IMG/VR virus record: IMGVR_UViG_3300033273_000398
Strand: one strand, 5' to 3'
Origin: an uncultured virus (IMG/VR IMGVR_UViG_3300033273_000398)
Taxonomy: Duplodnaviria > Heunggongvirae > Uroviricota > Caudoviricetes
DNA: 64,000 nucleotides
Shown: positions 57,790 to 64,000 of the stretch, piece after piece
Layout: each line of letters begins with the position of its first letter
Numbering within the stretch: position 1 is the stretch's first letter
The notes under the pieces: model-generated
What the model saw: the letters and a program-made list of their open reading frames with translations, nothing else
What the model was told of the DNA's origin: nothing
Databases searched by the model: none
Translations under genes and position numbers: made by a program

Positions 57790-59238
57790 ATGAGACTTTC
57801 TTTTATTGGCCTGGTTCTAGGAATCATGGCATTCTGTGGCGCGCAAAATAACGCAATTGCGCAAAAAGACGCGTGCGGTACAAGCGGACTTCCTGTTAGT
57901 AGAGAAGTTCAGGCTTTTGGACTGCAGAAAATGTACGAGAGAGGAGAGGCACCTAGCTATGAAGTACTAGATACAGCACAGATCTTAAGGATCCCGGTTG
58001 TATTCCATGTAGTTCACGTTGGAGAGGCAGAAGGGGACAGTACAAATATATCTGATGAGCAGATCTTTAGCGCTATTTCGGCACTAAACGATGATTTTAG
58101 AAAGGTTCCAGGTACTTCTGGAGACGGTCATGGTGTAGATACGAAGATAGAGTTTTGTATGGCTTCAGTTGATCCAGATGGTAATCCAACTGATGGTATA
58201 GTTAGACATGACGCTAGCGATTTAGTTTACTATGGAAATGGATCTATTAATATGCCATATGTAGACTATGGTGTTAATGCTGGTAATCCAAGTTACTATG
58301 GAATCCATGATACTTGGATGAAGCAGACACTAGGGGCGTGGAATACAGATCTATACCTAAATGTATGGGTTGTTAACGAGATTGCAGGAAATAATGGTGG
58401 AGCTGGAATCCAGGGATATGCATATCTTGGACCTATTAGTGCACAAAGAGATGGTATAGTTATCCTACATAATGCAGTAGGAACTGTAGGAACCCTAAAA
58501 TCTTACACTAATATGAATAAGACTCTAACTCACGAAGTTGGACACTATTTAACTCTATATCATACATTTGAGTATTCTTCAGATTGTGTTGAAGGGAACT
58601 GTAATGTTGAAGGTGATAGAGTATGTGATACCCCAGTAACAACAGGCAATACTTCTTGCTCGTCAGAGAATTGCCCAGGGGCTATTGAGGAAAACTACAT
58701 GGACTATACTCCACAGACTTGCAGAGACATGTTTACTTTAGGTCAAGCTGAAAGAATGAGAGAATGCATCTACCAGTTAAGACCAGAGCTACTAAACAGC
58801 CAAGCTGCATGTGATGTTGATGTAGATTGCCCATATGACTTTGACAATGATTACGCAACGACACTAGCTGACGTTGACATACTAATATATGATTTAGGGT
58901 GCCTCGACTGTAATGACACTGACCTAAACGCAGACGGGATAGTTACAGTTGAGGACCTTTTAATCCTACTTACTCACTTCGGAGAGGACTGCTTATCTAG
59001 CAATGGAACAGGAGGAGTTCCTGCTGATCTAGGAGCATCTTACATGAATATTGGAGATAATGCAGGTTCTAACCTAGGTACGTTCTCAAGTAGATTGGTT
59101 AACAATGGTGAACTTATCTTTGATATGGGTGGAAGAATAGTAAACGGTACACCTGAGACTCTATCTAATGGAACGTACATAGTAATCAATATGAATGAAG
59201 GGAAGATAACAACTAAAAAAATTAGCATCGTTAAATGA
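57790..59238 (+). CDS. Secreted M43 metalloprotease with dockerin-like repeat and T9SS type A CTD-like end
   Basis: HEVGHYLTLYH, NYMDY, DLNADGIVTVEDLL, IFDMGGRIV...LSNGTYIV...TKKISIVK. Confidence 0.88.
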   Translation: MRLSFIGLVLGIMAFCGAQNNAIAQKDACGTSGLPVSREVQAFGLQKMYERGEAPSYEVLDTAQILRIPVVFHVVHVGEAEGDSTNISDEQIFSAISALNDDFRKVPGTSGDGHGVDTKIEFCMASVDPDGNPTDGIVRHDASDLVYYGNGSINMPYVDYGVNAGNPSYYGIHDTWMKQTLGAWNTDLYLNVWVVNEIAGNNGGAGIQGYAYLGPISAQRDGIVILHNAVGTVGTLKSYTNMNKTLTHEVGHYLTLYHTFEYSSDCVEGNCNVEGDRVCDTPVTTGNTSCSSENCPGAIEENYMDYTPQTCRDMFTLGQAERMRECIYQLRPELLNSQAACDVDVDCPYDFDNDYATTLADVDILIYDLGCLDCNDTDLNADGIVTVEDLLILLTHFGEDCLSSNGTGGVPADLGASYMNIGDNAGSNLGTFSSRLVNNGELIFDMGGRIVNGTPETLSNGTYIVINMNEGKITTKKISIVK

Positions 59239-62093
59239 GATTAGCTAAGGGAATTATATTATTCTTGTTTGCCTTTTTCGCTAGTGGCCTACAGGCTCAG
59301 TGCGATCTAGAGCTATATAGTTTTGATCCTACAACATTAGATGCAACCATAATTGTTCATGACGGCTATGGTTGTAACCCTAATGACCCGACTGATGATG
59401 TAATTGATAAGTTCATAATAGGTATAACCTCAAATAGTTTACAGGCTGCTGGTGTGGAATGTGGAATTGTACCAGATCCTGATACAGAGGGCTTTATATT
59501 ACAGAACTATTTTCCAGGCTATGTGCTCTGGAATGATGAGGCTGCTTATCTAGGTGAAGATGGTGTATTAAACACTGGAGACACCTTAGAGTTTAATCTA
59601 TTTGGAGCTCAATTACCTGGCGCGCCAACATATGCTGAACCATGCTTTGAAGATGCTGTAAATGATGGTTACTTTGATGAGTGTATGGAGGTTATGATAT
59701 GGCAGATTAACTGCTCTAATGATATATTTGGATTTAAAGCAGGTGAAGACAACTGCGCAGATGGAACTGAAGGCAATGGTTATACATATCCTGATGTAAC
59801 GCCTGAGAATAACCTTATTACAACAGGAGAATGCTACGAAAACTCATGTGATGTAGCTATATATGGATTTGATCCTAATACAGGTGATATCACTATTAAG
59901 GTTAAGGATGGTGAAAACTGTGGATGTAATGATGCTACCCTAGTTGATGGCAATGGATGTGCAACTAGTACAGGAACACATACGCAAAATAACGATGGAG
60001 TCTCACATATAGTATTAGGAATCCATAAAGTTGATATGGATTTTAATACAGAATGTATGAGCGCGAATAACTATCCAGGATGGACCTTTGTAGCATATCA
60101 AGTACAAAGTCTACCAAACCCTTCTAATCCAGGAGCTCTTACTGGAGAGTTTATAAACTTTAATGTAATTGAAGATACGTACGGAAATACTTCATGCTTT
60201 GATGAGTTGCTACCATATCCAGAGCCTGGTGTATGTTATGAACTTGTCATCTGGCAGATAAACCTATCTCAGACTGCAAACGGAACTGACTTTCCTGGTA
60301 ACCCACATGTCTGGGTTCCTGATAACTATGCTAATGATACTCAGATGTATCCCGATTTTGCGTTGTGGGACAACTACATTACATGGTGCCAAGAAGATCC
60401 TAATCCGCCTCTAACAGAAGGTTGTACGGATCCAAATGCAACAAACTATAATGAGGATGCAGACATAGACGATGGTTCTTGTGAGTACCCTCCAGTTCCA
60501 GGTTGTACAGATCCTACTGCATGTAACTATGACTTTAATGCAGATGAAAATGATGGAAGCTGTGTATGGTGTGACCCTGCAATATGTCCAGCTTGGATAA
60601 TAAACAGCCTATGTGGATGTACCGATGAGGAAGCTGATAACTTTAACGAAGATGCTATATATGACGACGGAAGCTGCGAGTACTCTAATACTGACTCTCC
60701 TGACGCAAAGCCTTCTTTTCTTTTCAGTTCAGTAGAATGTGGTCCAAATGGTCCTGAAAATGAATATCAGTTGGTTGTATTTAACATAGGAACAGATACG
60801 TTATTTAGATACTGTGTTGAGATACCAGAAATTGGTTTAGACGAATGTTTAGATGGATATGTTAGCGCTAACGAATGGATTGCCCCAGGAGAGGGACAGT
60901 TTGTTTCTTGGGTAAACATACCATTAGATGGTTCAGTAACTCAGCTTACAGTAAACGTGTATTTTGCAGAAGACGAGCTACAAGAAGATGAAGGTAATAA
61001 CATACAAGTCTATACTATAGATCTGGGAAATGTTGAAGATCCATGTGAGTATACTAACGCATATCCTGATACAACCGCATTTAGCTTTGAATGTGTTAAT
61101 GGAGTTCCTGAAATTGTGATGGATATCTTTGTAGGAAACTCAGGAGATCTTCCAATGGTTTACTATTGCGTCGAGATACCTGAGATTGGATTAGATATTT
61201 GCTTTGATGGTAATCTAGATCCTAATCTAATAGTACAGCCAGGTGAGCAACTTAACATAACCGAATATATACCTAGTATACCTTTTGAATTAGACTACAT
61301 TACTATTAATATAAGCAATGTTAGTCCAGAGGAATCGGATGTGTTTAACAACTCATTGCAGGTAGACTTCAGCCACAGTACTGGAGACGATCCATGTATA
61401 GTTCCTGGATGTACGGATCCTACTGCAAATAATTATAATCCGGATGCTACTGAGGATGATGGTTCTTGTACATATGATATTATGGGCTGCACGGACCCTG
61501 AAGCAAATAATTATAATGCATCAGCTACAGTTGACGACGGTTCTTGTACTTATGACGTACTTGGTTGTACAGACCCAGAAGCCAACAACTACGATCCCAA
61601 CGCTAATGTGGATGATGGAACTTGTAATTATGATGTGTTTGGATGTACTGATCTTAGTGCGAATAATTACAACCCGATCGCCACTGTGGATGACGGTTCT
61701 TGTGAATATGATGTTCCTGGCTGCACTGACCAAAATGCCACAAATTATAACCCATTCGCTACTGTGGACGATGGTTCTTGCGAATATCCAGTAGATCCAT
61801 GTAATAATGAAGAGGTTCTTGTGCCTAATGCATTTACGCCTAACAACGATGGTTTAAATGATGAATGGTACCCTGTTACTAATCCAGATTGCTGGAAGTA
61901 TTGGAGTGTAAAAATCTTTAATAGATGGGGACAACTTATCTGGGAAACAGATAAAGCTGATGACAGATGGGATGGAACTGTCAAGGATAGCGATAACTGT
62001 GTTTCTGATGGAGTGTACGTATATATAATAGTAGGTGAACGCTATAACGCCGACATCTTTCAAAAAACAGGTCATATAACAGTATTCAAATGA
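59235..62093 (+). CDS. Secreted Cys/Asp-rich repeat protein with T9SS type B (gliding-motility-associated, CHU_C) CTD
   Basis: Signal peptide QA-Q; GCTDPxAxNY repeats; VPNAFTPNNDGLND...IFNRWG...WDG...DGVYVY...GHITVFK. Confidence 0.9.
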   Translation: MRLAKGIILFLFAFFASGLQAQCDLELYSFDPTTLDATIIVHDGYGCNPNDPTDDVIDKFIIGITSNSLQAAGVECGIVPDPDTEGFILQNYFPGYVLWNDEAAYLGEDGVLNTGDTLEFNLFGAQLPGAPTYAEPCFEDAVNDGYFDECMEVMIWQINCSNDIFGFKAGEDNCADGTEGNGYTYPDVTPENNLITTGECYENSCDVAIYGFDPNTGDITIKVKDGENCGCNDATLVDGNGCATSTGTHTQNNDGVSHIVLGIHKVDMDFNTECMSANNYPGWTFVAYQVQSLPNPSNPGALTGEFINFNVIEDTYGNTSCFDELLPYPEPGVCYELVIWQINLSQTANGTDFPGNPHVWVPDNYANDTQMYPDFALWDNYITWCQEDPNPPLTEGCTDPNATNYNEDADIDDGSCEYPPVPGCTDPTACNYDFNADENDGSCVWCDPAICPAWIINSLCGCTDEEADNFNEDAIYDDGSCEYSNTDSPDAKPSFLFSSVECGPNGPENEYQLVVFNIGTDTLFRYCVEIPEIGLDECLDGYVSANEWIAPGEGQFVSWVNIPLDGSVTQLTVNVYFAEDELQEDEGNNIQVYTIDLGNVEDPCEYTNAYPDTTAFSFECVNGVPEIVMDIFVGNSGDLPMVYYCVEIPEIGLDICFDGNLDPNLIVQPGEQLNITEYIPSIPFELDYITINISNVSPEESDVFNNSLQVDFSHSTGDDPCIVPGCTDPTANNYNPDATEDDGSCTYDIMGCTDPEANNYNASATVDDGSCTYDVLGCTDPEANNYDPNANVDDGTCNYDVFGCTDLSANNYNPIATVDDGSCEYDVPGCTDQNATNYNPFATVDDGSCEYPVDPCNNEEVLVPNAFTPNNDGLNDEWYPVTNPDCWKYWSVKIFNRWGQLIWETDKADDRWDGTVKDSDNCVSDGVYVYIIVGERYNADIFQKTGHITVFK
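61407..61790 (+). repeat. Five tandem 78-nt (26-aa) GCTDxxAxNYNPxAxxDDGSCxY repeats
   Basis: Copies start at 61407, 61485, 61563, 61641 and 61719; three more lie at about 60420-60680. Confidence 0.9.
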
Positions 62094-62518
62094 AGAACTT
62101 AACTAATAGAATTATGAGAGTTGAGGATTTTTGGGGATGGGTGGTAATCGGTGCACTTATGTTAGGTGTACTAATGATGCAGTCTTGCTATGCTGATCAG
62201 AATCTGATGAGCACATATCCAGAACAGGATGAAATTGGAGTAAAGTACATTTTTAGTCCTGATGGAGACGGAGTAGATGATACTTGGAAGCCAACAACCC
62301 AACAGGATTGGGATAGGTATTTCGTAGAAGTATCGGATAGCTATGGAAATACAATTTGGTGGTCTACAGATCCAAAAGAAGAGTATACTGGCAAGATTGG
62401 AGGATCAGCGATACTAGATCCATTTGTATTCTTTATTGTCTTTGCTAAAGAGAACGGTAGAAAATACTACAAGGAAGGTATTCTGGTCAACGAGCTTTAC
62501 ATAAATGAAACATACTGA
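62090..62518 (+). CDS. Membrane-anchored/lipoprotein stand-alone CHU_C-like domain protein
   Basis: Hydrophobic segment plus MQSC; FSPDGDGVDDTWKP...DSYGN.IW.S. Confidence 0.65.
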   Translation: MKNLTNRIMRVEDFWGWVVIGALMLGVLMMQSCYADQNLMSTYPEQDEIGVKYIFSPDGDGVDDTWKPTTQQDWDRYFVEVSDSYGNTIWWSTDPKEEYTGKIGGSAILDPFVFFIVFAKENGRKYYKEGILVNELYINETY

Positions 62519-62548
62519 TTCCTATTTGTATAAGTCCCATGATATATA
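62506..62548 (+). promoter_or_regulatory. Tandem ECF-type (TGAAAC-N17-TATAAG) and late (GATATATA) promoters
   Basis: Both motif classes lie directly upstream of the Hc1-like gene. Confidence 0.6.
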
Positions 62549-62571
62549 GAAAGAACTAAAAACTTTTAATC

Positions 62572-62751
62572 ATGGAAACATATAACAAAATGGTAGAGCT
62601 TCTTAATGAAGTTCAGGAAGACGTAGCAAAGTTCTACGAGAAGGGAAATAAGGCTGCAGGAACAAGAGTTCGTAAGGCTATGCAAGAGCTTAAGTCTCTA
62701 GCACAGGATCTTAGAGTTGATATTTCTAAAACTAAGAACAACGCTAGTTAA
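62572..62751 (+). CDS. Histone H1-like Hc1 family protein (59 aa, missed by ORF track)
   Basis: KFYEKGNKAAGTRVRKAMQELKSLAQDLR matches the Bacteroidota Hc1-like signature. Confidence 0.85.
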   Translation: METYNKMVELLNEVQEDVAKFYEKGNKAAGTRVRKAMQELKSLAQDLRVDISKTKNNAS

Positions 62752-62768
62752 TCTAGCGTTGTTTTTTC
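62734..62768 (+). terminator. Rho-independent terminator
   Basis: AACAACGCTAG-ttaat-CTAGCGTTGTT followed by a T run. Confidence 0.8.
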
Positions 62769-62780
62769 ATTTTTAAAACA

Positions 62781-62984
62781 ATGGAGTTACAGACTATTAT
62801 TACTATAGCTGCCGTCTTCTCGGTAGTTGTGGCCATGTTCTTTGTCTTTAAAAAGACAGCTTCTAAAGATGTACCAGTAGTTGCTAATGACAATATAGAG
62901 GACCTAAAGAAACTAAAGCAAGAGGTAGACGATCTTAAGAATATGGTACAAGACTTCGTTTCAAATAAGGAGACCGATGCTTAA
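62781..62984 (+). CDS. Small membrane-anchored coiled-coil protein
   Basis: N-terminal transmembrane helix followed by heptads. Confidence 0.6.
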   Translation: MELQTIITIAAVFSVVVAMFFVFKKTASKDVPVVANDNIEDLKKLKQEVDDLKNMVQDFVSNKETDA

Positions 62985-63447
62985 GCAAGTTATTACTATA
63001 TTAACTATTCTTATTGCATATTCTGGTATTTCTCAAGACATGCTTACATATGAGTACGTTTTACCTAGAGAGAAACACACTAAGCCCACAGACGAATATG
63101 GCAATGAAGTTTACCTAGAGGACTACAAGCCCACTGATGTGATTTATATTGGAGCCAAAGAGCTTGATTATATTCTAACAAGAGGTGAATATGGTAAGGG
63201 AATCCTTTTAGGCACTTTTGTAGTTAATGATAAGATAAGGTTTAATGGCGAACTTGTAAACACAACATGGACGCCTAAACATGACCGTTATCATCTGTCA
63301 ATATGGAAGGAAGAGCCAGAAGCTGAGACGGAAACAGGTAATACTATTAATGTATATACGGTAGGAGGTGCTTTAGGGCACCCAGGAACTAAGAGCTATG
63401 AGATTATGAGAAAGGATCTAGTGGCTCTAAGAGGACAAAAATACTAA
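62977..63447 (+). CDS. Secreted hypothetical protein
   Basis: Signal peptide ending GIS-Q. Confidence 0.65.
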   Translation: MLKQVITILTILIAYSGISQDMLTYEYVLPREKHTKPTDEYGNEVYLEDYKPTDVIYIGAKELDYILTRGEYGKGILLGTFVVNDKIRFNGELVNTTWTPKHDRYHLSIWKEEPEAETETGNTINVYTVGGALGHPGTKSYEIMRKDLVALRGQKY

Positions 63448-63453
63448 TTTACT

Positions 63454-63720
63454 ATGGACGTTAAAAAGGGAAAAGTATTCATTGATTTCTATGCTGATTG
63501 GTGTGGACCTTGTAAGATGATGGCCCCGGTCGTTGATGAACTTGCTGAAACACTTGATGGTGTAGAGGTTATAAAGATAAATGTAGATAACGAGCCTGAT
63601 TTAGCAATCGAGTATGGCGTTAGAAATATACCATGCTTCTTATACCTAGAGGATGGTGAAGTTATCAACAAAGCAATTGGAAGAAAGACAATAGAAGACC
63701 TTAAATCTATGGTGGCATGA
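63454..63720 (+). CDS. trxA: Thioredoxin
   Basis: DFYADWCGPCKMMAP and the cis-Pro IP motif. Confidence 0.93.
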   Translation: MDVKKGKVFIDFYADWCGPCKMMAPVVDELAETLDGVEVIKINVDNEPDLAIEYGVRNIPCFLYLEDGEVINKAIGRKTIEDLKSMVA

Positions 63721-64000
63721 AGTTCTTAAAGAACATTTTTTTGTATTGGGGTGAGCTATATACTGAGATACGTACATGGTATATCTTTATGCGTACTGCA
63801 AAAGAGAATGTAGATAAGCTCAATAAGGAGAATCAGCTTAGAGTAGACTGGATTGGTAGAGTCTATGGTGTGGTTAATCTTCCTGAAGAGGTTCAGGGAG
63901 CAGCCCAACAGATACAAGAGGCTTATGTTCTTCAAAAGATAACAGACTATGGAAATGTTATGCTCACCATTGGTCTTGCAGATGTAGTCTATCCTGAGAT
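63717..64000 (+). CDS. Hypothetical protein (3' truncated)
   Basis: MKFLKNIFLYW...LRVDWIGRVYGVVNLPEE; open to the window end. Confidence 0.65.
   Translation, partial: MKFLKNIFLYWGELYTEIRTWYIFMRTAKENVDKLNKENQLRVDWIGRVYGVVNLPEEVQGAAQQIQEAYVLQKITDYGNVMLTIGLADVVYPE

Noticed and set aside
46452..61790. CRISPR array suggested by repeated DNA
   Set aside because: The repeats are in-frame coding repeats without unique spacers, and no cas genes are present.

Overview
This window looks like part of a large T4-like/jumbo myophage genome infecting a Bacteroidota (probably Flavobacteriia) host. All credible genes are on the + strand, genetic code 11, with A-rich ribosome-binding regions that mostly lack Shine-Dalgarno sequences. 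From left to right: (1) T4 gp26/gp51-like baseplate-hub/tail-assembly genes and a tape-measure-like protein; (2) two tRNAs, guanylate kinase and a PD-(D/E)XK nuclease; (3) a 25.6-kb tandem array of six secreted paralogues combining a pappalysin-like M43 domain with Fib_succ_major (FISUMP) domains, four with a destroyed zinc site and two intact; (4) a degenerate metallophosphoesterase and an ECF sigma factor; (5) a 12-tRNA cluster with a boxA leader, an HNH homing endonuclease and several highly structured spacer RNAs; (6) IMPDH/GMP reductase, a 2OG-Fe(II) oxygenase and a zeta-like kinase; (7) tail-fibre and collagen-like genes; (8) small early genes; (9) four genes with type IX secretion (T9SS) C-terminal sorting-like domains, an Hc1-like protein and thioredoxin. 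The strongest candidates for undescribed biology are a repeated, covarying kissing-loop RNA motif in the tRNA spacers, the phage-encoded secreted protease/pseudoprotease-FISUMP array with T9SS cargo, and a three-class promoter programme paired with a codon-usage switch. Family assignments come from motif recognition by eye; no database searches were run.
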